From contig NC_087437.1 in NCBI RefSeq assembly GCF_036321535.1, forward strand, positions 51,276,001 through 51,340,000: a DNA stretch of 64,000 bases. Direction: 5' to 3'. The notes beneath the pieces are model-generated. The model was not told the DNA's origin and did no database searches. It saw nothing but the letters and a program-made list of their open reading frames with translations. Positions within the stretch are counted from its first letter, which is position 1. Every line of letters starts with the position of its first letter. The stretch is from Camelus dromedarius. Its lineage: Eukaryota. Positions 27,380 to 40,134 of this stretch are shown here, in pieces. The position numbers and the translations under genes were made by a program.

Positions 27380-28110
27380 CCCACGTCCACGGGCCGCGGC
27401 CGCAGCACCCCCTGGTGGTGTCAGCCGGGTGTAGCAGGAACCCCGGACCACTCATTCCCACCCTACCTGCCTTGCTACGCCAGGACCTCACCACTAGCTC
27501 TTGGGGGTCGCGTCTCGAGCAAGGGACGGCGGGAGACCAGAGGGAGGCCAGGCCCCGTTTCTCAGGTCTCTGGCTTCCCCCAAACTGCTCGCATCCCCGA
27601 TCGCAGCCCGCCACCCCTGGAAGAGACACACGGCGGTGGGCCCTGTGACAACCCGAGGGAGAAGGAAAGGGGTGCGGCGGTCGCCGCTACCTACCTGTGC
27701 CCCAGCTCCAGGAGGGCCGTGCCGGCCACTCGACCACGCTCGCGAGCATTAGCCCCGGAGCAAAACAAGCCTTTATAGCGGCATTGGTCGCCAGACTGCG
27801 CAGGCGTGCTGCACAAAGACTCCCCAAGACTGAAGGGAATTGTAGTCCACCTTCCAGGAGCCTGAGGCGCGATTCCCGGCAAAGGACTATATTTCCCAGA
27901 AGCCCCGTAGAAGCCCTGGAGGAGGTGCAGGCCGCTCCCCCTTTCCAGCGCGCTCCAGGCTCTGCACCATCCTTCCCAGAGCTTCTGCGAGCCAGTCTGG
28001 AATCTTCTCTGAGGCCGTGTCCAGGGGTGGCAGGGAGGGTTGACAGCAGCCCTGTGTGGGCGGGCAGCCCAGTGTTTGTAGGCAGATCCGCCACGGTGGT
28101 GCGTGACCGT
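27380..28110. promoter_or_regulatory. CpG-rich ABCC5 promoter with TATA, CCAAT, NRF1-like and two ZNF143/THAP11-type motifs
   Basis: High CpG/GC content. TATAAAG (-) at 27777-27771; CCAAT (-) at 27787-27783; TGCGCAGGCGTG at 27797-27808; GGGAATTGTAGT at 27835-27846; ACTATATTTCCCAGAAGCC at 27886-27904. Confidence 0.8.
27695..27750 (-). other. ABCC5: ABCC5 non-coding exon 1 (5' UTR); TSS position approximate
   Basis: Minus strand reads GCTAATGCTCGCGAGCGTGGTCGAGTGG...GCACAG|gtaggt, with a GT donor at 27694-27693. It lies ~25 nt downstream of TATAAAG and resembles the human ABCC5 mRNA 5' end as recalled. Confidence 0.85.
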
Positions 28111-28689
28111 TTATGCACCAGAAAACACTGAAGGTCATCGGTAGCCTCTATCTCCTGGCAACCAGCCAGCCCCAGATCCTATCTGTGTGGCCCTTAACGT
28201 TTTACCACTACTTGCTCATGACTCTGCATTCTGTGCTATCACCTTTCTCACATTAATCCCACTGCCCATCGCATTATGTTGTGCTGCCTGGTTTCCAGAT
28301 AATAAAATGCCCTCATCACAGTTTACAGAGTGGCAAGAGCCTTAGAAACGGCATGCCAATTCATCCCTTTCTTTTTTTAAGTGAAACCGAGGTTCCCAAA
28401 GAGATTGATTACTTTCTTTTTGTGTTTCATCTGTGCCTTCAATGATTATAACATAACTACTGTGTTGAGTGCCTACCTACTCTGTATCTGGTGCTTTACA
28501 TACTTCTTTAAGAAAATTTCCATATCAGCCCTGTGTGGGGGTATTCTGATTATCCATTTAAGAAACTAAATTTTTTAAAAAGGCAAGGAAAGTGACTTGT
28601 CCACATTTATACAACTTGCTACTGTGAAACACCAATGTATCATACAGCTGAAGTATGTATTAATACAGTGTTCTTGCACAAAGATGGAC

Positions 28690-29400
28690 TAATACACCAA
28701 TACAATAGACTAAAGAGCCTAGAAACAGACTCATGCACATGTGTAAACTTCTATAACAGAGAAAACGTTACAAATCAGTAGACAAAGGAAGAAGTTTCTA
28801 TGAATAGTGCTGGAACAATTGGTTATCCATATTTTTAAAAACTCAGGGATTACTACTTCATACTACACCAAAAAATCAATTTCATGTAGATCAAAGGCCT
28901 AACTGTGAAAGGGAAAACTTTCAAACGTTTAGAAGAGAATATGAAATATCCTTGTGAGTTTGGGAATAGAGAACTTCTTAAACAAGATACAAAAACAAAT
29001 AATAAAGGAAAGATTGATATATGTTTACTATCTTAAAATTTAAACTTCTATATAAGATGCCATAAAGTAAAAACATACACCACAAATTATAACTGACAAA
29101 GTTTTTAATACAGAATATACAAAAGATTTCTATAACTCAGTAAGAAATGGTTAATAACCCAATGGGAAAACTGGCAAGTGATATGAACAGACAGTTCACA
29201 GAAAAGGAAACTGGAGCAGCCACTCAAATATGAAAAGACATCCAATCTCACTACTAACCAGGGAAATGGAGATTTAAAAAGAAATGAGATACCACTTTAT
29301 GTGCATCTGATAGGTAAATGTAAAAACCTGACAATATTAAGTGTTGTCAAGGATCTAGAGAGACAGGGTATTTCACACATTGCTGGAAGAGTAAGGGTGA
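28690..29400 (+). mobile_element. Ancient L1 ORF2 fragment
   Basis: Degenerate L1 motifs (gtgctggaacaattgg, aaatgagataccac). Confidence 0.65.
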
Positions 29401-30317
29401 GAGAACCACATTAAAGTTGGCCAAATTTAGTAGGTTGGAAATGGGCTGTATTGTCAGACCCCCAAGTAAACCCCTAAAATTCAGTGGCCTGAATTCAAGA
29501 AGCTTATTTCTCTCCTGCATAAAAGTCTCAGGTGAGTATACCAGATCAGCAGTGTAGTTCTGCTCCCGGCAGTCAGTCGGAGACCCAGGGTGATGGTGGC
29601 TCTGTCAGGTTCACCATATGGCTTCAAACATTTCTCTACTCCTTGCTACCACCAGTCACGCAGGTGGACAGAAGGAAAAAGAGTGTGGAGCAGATGTGAC
29701 TCAGCCTAAAGGCACAAGCCAGTTAGCAGCATACATCATTTCCACTCACGTTCTATTGGTGACAATTTAGTCATATGGTCACATCCAACTAAGAAGGAAG
29801 CTAGAAAATGCAATCTTCAGCTGGGCAGCCAAAAGCCATCTACAACTCTGTTACAGTAGAAGAAGAAAAGAACAGATTTTGGTAGAAGTTAAATGTTCTA
29901 CCCAAAAATTATTTGAGTGGCTGTTTTCTCAATTCTCCCAAGGATAACACATAGCTAGTATCATTCGAAATGCCCGGCGGAGAAGTTAATTCCTTACATA
30001 CAATGAATACTTTAAGGTATTAGGGCTTAATGCTATTAGCTGAGAAAAGCTGCCCTAAAGGATCTCCATACATATGCACAAGGAGATATGATCATTGTGC
30101 ATTATCTGTAATAGTGGGAAGAATCTAAATTTCATTAACAAGTGAACAAGAGAACAAGATTGTGGTGTTTGTACAATAGGATACTATATCACTGTTAAAG
30201 AATAAGGGTTATAATGTATCAATATGTATAAATCTTCAAAACAATGTTGAGCAAAAATAAATAACAAAAAGATTCAAATTGCATGACCTTATTTGTATCA
30301 ATTAATTAAATTAATTT

Positions 30318-30405
30318 GGGGGGGTGGGAATAGCTCAGTAGCGGAGTTTCTTCTTAGCACGCACGAGGTCATGGGTTCAATCCCCAGTACCTCTATTTAA
30401 AAAAA
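30318..30405 (+). mobile_element. tRNA-Ala-derived SINE
   Basis: TAGCTCAGTAG...GGTTCAATCCCCAGTACCTC followed by an A tail. Confidence 0.8.
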
Positions 30406-30631
30406 GCTTTGCAAAAATAATTAATTTGTAATTTTGTAAACATGTAAGATATATGTCATTAATGGAGGCACACATGTGTATTTAAAAATGTAAAACCAGG
30501 CTTGGGCACGATAAACAACAAATTCAAGGTATAATTACCTCTGGTGTTGCAGGAAGGGGAATAATATCAGAGAGTGATACATAGGGGCTTCCTTTGTTTC
30601 TGTAATATTTTATTTCTTTAAGAAATAACTT

Positions 30632-31065
30632 GCCATTTGCAGCAACATGGATGGACCTAAAGATCGTCATTCTAAGTGAAGTAAGCCAGAGAGAAAAAGA
30701 AAAATACCATATGATATCATTCATATGTGGAATCTAAAAAAGAAAAAGAAAAAAAAGGACACTATGAACTCATCTACAAAATAGAAACATGCTCTCAGAC
30801 ATAGTAAAAATTCTTATGGTTACCTGGGGGAAAGGGGGTGGGAAGGGATAAATTTGGGAGTCTGAGATTTACAAATGTTAGCCCCTATATATAAAAATAG
30901 ATTAAAAAGAAGCTTCTGCTGTATAGCACAGGGAACTATGCTCAATATCTTGTAATTACCTTTAATGAAAAAAATATGAAAACGAATATATGTATGTATA
31001 TGCATGACTGGGACATTGTGCTGTACACCAGAAATGGATACATTATAACTAACAGTACTTCAATA

Positions 31066-31112
<47 letters not shown>

Positions 31113-31123
31113 ATATTTTAAAA
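30632..31123 (+). mobile_element. 5'-truncated L1 with (AAAT)n tail
   Basis: gccatttgcagcaacatggatggacc... and a perfect TSD aagaaataactt. Confidence 0.9.
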
Positions 31124-34100
31124 AAGAAATAACTTACAAATGTTAAAATTTAACAAAGCTTGGAGGTGTTTCTAATATCATTTGCTGTACTTTTTGGTAG
31201 CCTTAAAGTATTTCATAATAAAAAAGTTTTAGTATCATAGGAACAAACCATTTCTCCTCTCAGTGGGGTATGTGCAATTTAACAGAAAAATCTTGAGGAC
31301 TTATATAGATATATAAACATAGATATAGAGATATAGACCTACTGAGATTCCTTAAGCACATGTGGCCATCTGGTGAGATAAGAAAAACTTTTCTCAGCAC
31401 ACCGCAACCACCTCGCCAGGGCACATTCATACTTCCAACCATGCTTCAAACACTGTTCTACTCCAAAGCCATGTATCTGATACCTTCATGTAAAATAAAA
31501 GCTTCAAAAATCTCCATGAAGTACTTCAAATATATTGATTATAGGTTTTTTAAAAATGGATAAGCACCATACAGCCCTGGTTCAAGGCCTCAATACACTA
31601 TGGTACTATCTCAGCCTGTCCAAGGACCACCTGTGCCAAAGACTTATACTTATTCACATGTATTGATTGCAAAGCATCCCCTCTTTGAAGTGTATTTATG
31701 TTGTGAAGCGTTTTGGGAGGTGACATTCTCAACCCTCAGGCAAGGCGCTAGAGCATCTATGTTGCAATGCAGAATTGTATGTATTTTTAAATATACGTAT
31801 GTTGTGTAAATATACTAAATACACTTAGTCATTCACTACTGGAGATACAATGGAGCTAAAATAGACAAGTATCCTGCCCTCATGGGGTTTAGAGTCCCAG
31901 ATAAACATTAATCCAAACTGAAACTACAATGATGGTATATACCAGAAAGGAAAGGCAAATGTTACATCTGAAGGATAGTAGGAGTTAGCAAGGTGAAGAT
32001 GGTGGAAATGGGCAGAAGAAAGAGCACTCCAAGCAGAGGGAAAAATAAAGACCAGGCGGTGGGAGAAGGAAGGAAAGATCTCCAAAAGTGGACCATGTTG
32101 TAGGTCTTTAAGGTAAGGGCAAAAGGCAATCATTGAAAGGTTTTAAAAGGTGAATGGGTTAAGGGTTAAGAATTCGAATTTGCATTTTGAAAACTTCCCT
32201 GTGGCTAGCAGACTGGGGAAAGAGTTAGAGGCAGCTGGAATGGAAGAGAAGAGGCTAGCTAGGAGTGACTGTTGTCATCCAGGATGGAGGTTTGGACTAG
32301 AATTGTGGTGGAAAAGATGGAGAGAAGTGGATGCACTCAAGAGAAATTTAAGAGGTAAAATCAACAAAGCTTGTTGATGGATTGGAAATGGTGGGATGAG
32401 AAAGAGAGATGTCATGGTTAACACCTTGGTTTTTGGTTGCAGAACTGGATGGATGGTGGTACCATTCATTGTCATAAGAAATGCTCTACTGCAGTAGCCC
32501 CCTGACACCCTCCTCTTCTCAGCTTGCAGGAGCTAATGTCCTGATCACTCCACATCTGCGGTGGCGCTGTGCTGAATTCTTCTGCCAGTTATAAAAACAA
32601 AATTTCTCTTTTGCAGATCAGTTTTGCAATGAAAGTCATTTTCATGGAATAAGACCTTTTTTAAGTTAGTTAATAAACCGAACTTTTTATTTGACATCAT
32701 GGAAACAATATAATGCAACAGAATAGCTCACCTCTTTAATGGTCTTAGGCAAATTAGAAAAGAAGAGAATTTAAGATGTAAACAATGCTGAATGAAAGCC
32801 AAATTACATCACAGTATATTGTAGAGACAAAGGTTTCACAGTATTTTTTATAGAGAACTGCGTGGGAGAAGCTGAGTGTTCATACAGTATCAGTAGTGTA
32901 GACATGCATGTTATGGTAAGTCATATCACATATTTACTTTAAGAAGGAAAGAATTACACACTCCTCACCTTTGTAGTAATAACCTCCCAAGTTTGTTAGC
33001 AGTAAGGGCAGTAGTTAGAATGAAATGAAGAATCACTTTTTAAAAAATTTAAATACTATTATATTGAGCTGCACTATCAAACTGGCTCAGCAAAATAACA
33101 AGTATTCAAAAAATTAGCTCTTTATTATAAGGAGGGGAAAAATGATAGCAATTGTCTAATTTTAATAAAACAATATTATCCGCCACATTAAATTACTGTT
33201 GTGTTGATAGTCTTGCAGGTACATAATTTGTAAATTCATTTTAATTTCATAGTGGTGTAAGAACTACATGCATAAGGACTTAATAAATGGTCTTATGAAT
33301 ATACCTATTTAAGTAATACTATAATATAAATAATTTCAGTCAGTATCAGGGTTTTGGGAGAACTGTTTCTCTTAAAAGAGGTCTGAACCTTATTCAAGTT
33401 TAGGAAACACTGGACTATGGAATTAACCCAAACTTTAGCTTGGTATACAAGACCTCCGGGATCTGGTCCCACGTAATACCACAGTTTCATTTCGTGTCAC
33501 TCTCCTACTCAAATCTGAGGTCCTGACAACACTGTGATTTCCATGTTTTTGCTCTAGCTGTTCCCTCCACCCAGAACGACCAGCTAAATGTACTTAGCTG
33601 AAATAACAAACACTGAAGCCCACAGACAGGCCTTGGGATTTTACTCCTCCAATAGTGACAATTAAGGATTACGTACTCAAGTCAATACGTCTAACATCTC
33701 TAATGGTAAGATGTGCATGAGGAGTCTCCCACATTGTGAAGTGTGGACCAGGCACCTATCAGGTCACAAATGAGAGGCAGCGAGGTCCCACTAAGCCAGC
33801 GAAGCCAGAATCAAGAGTCCTCCTGGGATGGAGCCTTCTCATCAAAACAGTTCTGAGCAGACTGGAAGAGTGGTCACCCCAAGTCATTCATCGAAAATTC
33901 TCCTTCAGGTGTGTTGCTTTATAAATATGGGCTTTTGATCAGAAGCAGAGATGAACAACTTTGATCTACATTGGTGATAGCCTTTTTGGCAACGAATGTC
34001 AGTTCAGGAAAATTAAAAACTGATGCAGACTGTGTTTATTTTCCGTTCAAAATAATTCACTTATTGAATTCCACAAGGAAAAAATATATACTCTTAAAAC

Positions 34101-34895
34101 ACAAATTATATACGTTATTGATTACAATACCACCAATGAGAAAAATCAGTATTGCTTTTCAGCTACTAAAATGTTACTAAGTATATTTGAGAGGTAATAA
34201 TACCAAAGCATGTTTTTAAACTCTCATCTTAAAATTAGATCTAGGTGGATGACATGTGGCCTGCAGCTGGTAGGCCATTGATCTAAAGAAAAGGAAGAAA
34301 AACAAGAGTCCTCCTTTTGGCAGTCTAAGTCTGTATTGCTCAGGGCTTCAGAAACAGCTTGAAGCTGATACCTACTTTACTTCCTATTCGCTTGCAGGTT
34401 CTTACAGGTCCAATCAAATTTCAGGTTTTAAAATACTTATCTTTAAAAAAAACCCACTTATCTCATTTATTTTTTAAGTTTCTTGATTTATTTATACATA
34501 TGCTGCTTGCATTCTATATTTTATCTGTAGCAAGACTGACACAGTTTTTTTTCAAGCTTTCTTTCTTATAGATTTACTCTATTTACCTAAAGCAGTGTTT
34601 CCCAAAAATCCATGGAGTACTAGTCCTGCAAGATATCCTGAGAAAAAGAAATTTCCAGAAGTCAACTAAGTTTAGGAAATTATATACATGATATTCAAGT
34701 TACATTAACATTTAAGCTAAATACTCTAAGAAATCCTACAGTAACGAAACCTATTTTTCCTTATTTCATTCAGTATTTCTCAGACATATTTAAACTTGAA
34801 AAACCAAAAATAATTTTTCAGAAAAGCATTTAACATCCTATAGAACTAGTGTTCTACAGAAAATGCTTTGAGAAATGCTGATCCAAAGTCATCTT

Positions 34896-35029
34896 GAAAG
34901 AAAGAAAGAAAGAAATGTAGAATAGATAAACAAGATTATACTGTATAGCACAGGGAAAGAAAGGAAGAAAGGAAGAAAGGAAGGAAGGAAGGAAGGAAGA
35001 AAGAGAGAAAGAAAGAGAAAGAAAGAAAG

Positions 35030-35108
<79 letters not shown>

Positions 35109-35278
35109 AAAGGAAGGAAGGAAGGAAGGAAGGAAGGAAGGAAGAAGGGAAGGGAAGAGAAGAGAAGAGAAGAGGAGGAAAGGAAAGGAAAGAAAAAAGA
35201 AAAGAAAAGAAAAGAAAAGAAAAGAAAAGAAAAGAAAAGAAAAGAAAAGAAAAGAAAAGAAAAGAGAAAGAAAAAGGA
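34896..35278 (+). repeat. Compound purine microsatellite (GAAA)n(GGAA)n(GAAAA)n
   Basis: About 380 nt of almost pure A/G, read directly. Confidence 0.97.
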
Positions 35279-36017
35279 ACTTCCCACAGTGGAAAGGATT
35301 CTCAAATCTTGATGAAGAATGATGCTGAGAGTGGAGGGGTGGTCCTTGACAGTATGCAGCTGAGAGTGGCCAAGAGAAAATGCTCCTCTGCTCAGAGGAA
35401 CTGGGGCTGACTCAGCCACTCAGACATTTGAAGTCTGGAAGATTCCATTCAGGCTGAAGCAACCTGAGCCATCTTGAGAGAGCAGGGATAACAGCAACTA
35501 CTATTTCTGCCATTTTTACTGTTATTCCTGCTTCCATTCATTAACTCCTTAGGATGGGAAAGGCAATCTACAAACATTATCTCTGACCACATGAAACCCC
35601 TGCAAGATAGGTTTTATCCTCCCGGCCTGAGAGACGAGGACACTGGGGCTGAAGAAAAGTGACATGATTCTAGTAGAAACAAGATTTGGTTCTTAGACTT
35701 TTCTTACTGTCTCATACCAACTAATCTGCAAAGCTTCTTCACTGAAGCAACGTCTCTCCCTTCGTTCTCCTAGCCACTGATGGCACTCCCTGGAGCCTTC
35801 CCTAACAGAAATCATTCTAGCATAAAACAGGTTAAGCCAATGATGACTTTGGCTCACTTACCCTACTTCTGCTTTCCACTAGGAAACAAATATTTGCACA
35901 TTCTATCTTTTTTTTTTTCCCCCGCAGGTTCTAAATCTGACAAGACCCATGCTCACCTAGGAATGGCATGGTATTTTTGAAATTACTTCCTAAGGCTCTT
36001 TAAGAATCAAACAAGAA

Positions 36018-36596
36018 CTTCAGGATGACACCTGCACCCCAATGTTCACAGCAGCACTATTTACAATAGCCAAGACATGGAGACAGGCTAAATGTCCATC
36101 AACGGATGACTGGATAAAGAAGATGTGGTATATTTATACAATGGAATACCACTCAGCCATAAAAACTGACAACATAACGCCATTTGCAGCAACATGGATG
36201 CTCCTGGAGAATGTCATTCTAAGTGAAGTAAGCCAGAAAAAGAAAGAAAAATACCATATGAGATCACTCATATGTGGAATCTAAAAAAACAAAAAACCAA
36301 ACAAAACATAAATACAAAACAGAAACAGACTCATAGACATAGAATACAAACTTGTGGTTGCCAAGGGGGCGGAGGGTGGAAAGGGATAGATGAGATTTCA
36401 AAATTGTAGAATAGATAAACAAGATTATACTGTATAGCACAGGGAAATATACACAAGATCTTATGGGTAGCTCACAGAGAAAAAAATGTGACAATGAATA
36501 TATGTATGATCATATATAACTGAAAAATTGTGCTCTACACTGGAATTTTACAACATTGTAAAATGATTATAAATTAATAAAAGATGTTAAAAAAAA
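36018..36596 (+). mobile_element. Young 5'-truncated L1
   Basis: ORF2 C-terminus (MFTAALFTIAKTW), poly-A and a perfect 16-nt TSD aagaatcaaacaagaa. Confidence 0.92.
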
Positions 36597-37509
36597 AAGA
36601 ATCAAACAAGAAAATTAATCATAACACTCAAAGGCAAACTCAAATGCCTATAGGGGCCAAGCAGGTAACATAAATGAGGGAAGCCAGTCAGGAATAAGAC
36701 AATAGTTGGTGACAGAAACTGATGATCTAGATGCTCCATCCAAAGGGTTTAACCACATCTTAGCTTTGGCACAAAGTGTTGTTGTCAAGCAGAAATGTGA
36801 GCCAAGAATTGCTTGATCTTCTTTTTCAAGTGAAGCCAGAAACACCGTTTTTATGTGAAATCTCCCAATTTTTAAAATGTTGACAACTAACTATTCTAAA
36901 AACACCGAGGGGCCAAAAACAACATGAATTTAAAGGCTGATCACTCATGACCTCACAAGCCAACTTCTACTAAAAACTCTGCCACCTCCCCTCTACCCAA
37001 CTCCCTCCATCCAGTAGACCTGGGTCCAAATTGCTTTTGACACTCAAAATATCAAAAGTTAAGACTTACCAGTAAGGAAGTCATATTTAAAACCTCAATC
37101 TCAAGTTGATTATAAAAAAGAAGGCCATCCCCGGTTTTTCTGAAAGCTGGCAGCAGTACATGTGCCACCTGAAGGCAACAGCAGCCATTGTGTGCTTTTC
37201 CTATGGTGCATCATGTGCCAGAGTGACTCTAAAGTATGAGGGGGCCATTAGCACTGCTCCAGCGACCAAATGTTTTTCCTTCCTCCTCTCCAAGCTGATT
37301 TGTCAGATTACTTTTGGATACTAGATGCAGGTCTAGTTAAGGTTGGGTAGTCCTCCGTGATATTCCATTGTCATCAGGGATGCTTGTTAGAGACATGGCT
37401 CATGCTACCTGACACCTGAATTATTCAAAGCTAGAGCTTGAGGTGTGGCCTGTGGTCTTTTAAGGTCAACATCATCACTAGTTCCCAGAGAAGAGCCAAG
37501 GAGAGGAAG

Positions 37510-37576
37510 ATGGAAAGAGGCTGGCTCCGTGGGGAAGGATTCCTTCTCTGCCTCATTTTCTACCTGCTGCTTCAAG
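37510..37576 (+). CDS. HTR3D: 5-HT3 receptor subunit D-like, exon 1 (signal peptide)
   Basis: Encodes MERGWLRGEGFLLCLIFYLLLQ. 67 nt, CAAG|gtaaga. First HTR3 gene next to ABCC5, matching HTR3D synteny. Confidence 0.85.
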
Positions 37577-38725
37577 GTAAGATGGGACAAGAGCAAGAGC
37601 AAAGCAAACATATAACCTCTGGGAAACAGCGAAACCAGGCTAATTTTTATCAGTGACTGGGTGTTCATTAACTCATAACTGACAGTTTTGTAGCTCTTTC
37701 TAGGATCCTAACAGTTGGTTGACTCTTCTCTCAAGCTACTTCTCCACCCTCTTCCACCACGCTTCTTTTTCCCTATGTTTTTCTGTTTCCAAGCATAAAA
37801 TCTATCCCCATGGCTTCTGAGCATCAATTGATGTTGAGAAGAAGAAAATTCTTTCTCAGTTCTCTTAAGCAAAAAAATGCAACAAGAAAAGATGCTAAGT
37901 GGAAGGAGGCAGATGAGAAGATCTGTCATGAAAGAGGGAAACTTTTTCAGTCCAGTTTCCAAGTTGAGAGTATTTTTTTGTTCATTATTGAGAATAAGCA
38001 ATGAGGGATATGACAATATCAGAGGCAGATTAAAACAGACTCTACCAGAAGACATTACCACATACATTTTCAGTTTCTGCTCCACAAAGTATGGTAAGAA
38101 AAGGGTTAGGAATGAGATGGGCATCGAGGAACTCTTTTTAAGATGGTCTCAGTGGTGATGACTCCTGAGTTTTAGAAAAGAACAATCATAGCACATAGCA
38201 GAGACATGGTATATACTCATTCAATTGAAAAATCGAGTTCCTTAAGGTCCCACATATTTCTCACTACCTACCTGATTATTTCTCTCATCATTAATTCATG
38301 ACCATCTATGCCCTGTTCATATAGTGAGAAGGAGAACTGTGATTACAAAATTTGTCACTGACATTCAACCCAGTGGCTCAAGGACAGAGACAAACAATGG
38401 AAGGACACGAAATGAAGGGGGAGACATTTGTGATGAGATTGTTGAGAACGTAGCAGGACACTAAAAAATGGTGGTCAGGGCTGATTTTGCATACCCATTT
38501 GGACAAGTTTTGCATGGAGAGAGAGAAACAACAGAATTGAGGATGGAGCCCTGGCTCAGCTCACCTCATCAACTTCCACCATTTGCCTGCCAGCCCAGCC
38601 CATGCTCCCTGGCCCAGGAAGAAGGAATCCACACGGTTCTCCCATGCCCCCTGTTGTCTCTCTGTGCAGAAACACTCCCCAGGCCCTAGCCCCAGCACTC
38701 TTCTCACAGTCTCTGCTCTCTACAG

Positions 38726-38892
38726 GAACAGGAGACACTTTCACCATCAACTGCTCAGGCTTTGACCAGCACGGGGTGGATCCTGCCACCTTCCAAGCAG
38801 TGTTTGACAGAAAGGCCTTCCCTCCAGTCACCAACTTCAGCCTCCCCACTCATGTCAACATCTCCTTCACCCTGTATGCCATCTTGGAAGTA
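38726..38892 (+). CDS. HTR3D: HTR3D-like exon 2
   Basis: Encodes [55 protein letters not shown]. 167 nt, tacag|...|gtaagt. Confidence 0.88.
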
Positions 38893-39266
38893 GTAAGTCC
38901 TGACCCAACTCTGTAACAGTCTAGTGGTGAGCAGCGGGTCCCCTGGCTGGATTTTGTAAAATTAAGAGCTCAGTCTGTGGGATAGGGAGGCATGACAGGA
39001 AATGCTATGATGGCATTGCTGCAGGTAAAATCTGTCCCTTTTTTTCGAATACTCCACAAGAAACATAATCCTGATGGACCCTCATACTGATGCTTTCACT
39101 TACACTTCCCATGTACCCTGGATTATATGACTTACATTTTTCAGTGCCTATGATTAAAAATCATAACTGCCACACAGAACTGCTTTGGAAATGAGTAAGA
39201 GGTGGGTGGTGGCATTGGAACTGACTTCATAAAGTTAATGATCCTGGATGAAAATTGTTTTTCCAG

Positions 39267-39311
39267 GATGCACAGCTTCAACTGATGACATCATTCCTGT
39301 GGCTGAATATG
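39267..39311 (+). CDS. HTR3D: HTR3D-like exon 3
   Basis: Encodes DAQLQLMTSFLWLNM. 45-nt exon typical of Cys-loop receptor genes, ttccag|...|gtatga. Confidence 0.88.
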
Positions 39312-39773
39312 GTATGAGAGTCCCAGTCTCCCCTTTGCTATGATACTTCTCTTTTTCCACTCCAGGGTCCAATTTGGCAGATTCAAATGGATAAATCTGA
39401 GAATACCACAAATTAAACAAGTTCCAACAGAGCCAGACCAATAATGAAAATGCAAAACTTCCTGATTATTCTGCCATTTTAGGAGAGCAGAGATGGGGCA
39501 TAGGTAGCTGGTGGCATAAACCAAGGTCATGGAAGCCAATATTTAAGTGGCTCCATCCCAGGGAATCCAAAGCCAAACTCCATGTCTCCCTTGAGAGCAC
39601 TGAGGGAGAAGTGGAAGCAAGTAAAACTTCGTTAGTGACCTTGTGACAGTTGTCACCAGAGAAGGGATGGGAGAGTAAAGAAATGAGTGAAAAAAGGAAT
39701 ATAAAGTGCAGGAGACAGAGGAAGACTAAAACCAGTCCCCGCCTGCTTTGTCCCACACCATGGATTCCTCCAG

Positions 39774-39883
39774 ATCTGGTACAACCCATTCATCAGGTGG
39801 AACCCAAAGGAATGCGGGGGCATCAGGAAACTCAGCATGGCAGCTGAGAACTTGTGGCTTCCAGATATCTTCATCGAGGAGTT
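39774..39883 (+). CDS. HTR3D: HTR3D-like exon 4
   Basis: Encodes [36 protein letters not shown], including the WxPD motif. 110 nt. Confidence 0.9.
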
Positions 39884-40134
39884 GTGAGTATTGGGGCTGA
39901 AAAGAGCAAGGATACCATATGTCCAGGGAAGAGCAATGATGTAACCAGGAGGAGGGGCCACACAAAGACTCCACTAGAAAGGAGCAGCATCTGAAACCCC
40001 CAGAACATGGCGATAGGTGGAAGGGGGAGGTCAGACGAGTGGGGCTGGAGCACAGGAACGGGGCGACCTGAGAAAGAAGGTCAGGTCTGATGGGGAACCC
40101 ACAGTATCCACCTCCCCATCCTTCTCACATACAG

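Noticed and set aside
27318..28138. Overlapping 80-144 aa ORFs at the ABCC5 promoter
   Set aside because: Expected from GC-rich, stop-poor CpG island sequence; no recognisable domain.
34889..35419. 176-aa Phe/Ser/Leu-rich ORF
   Set aside because: It is the translation of the (GAAA)n microsatellite, not a gene.
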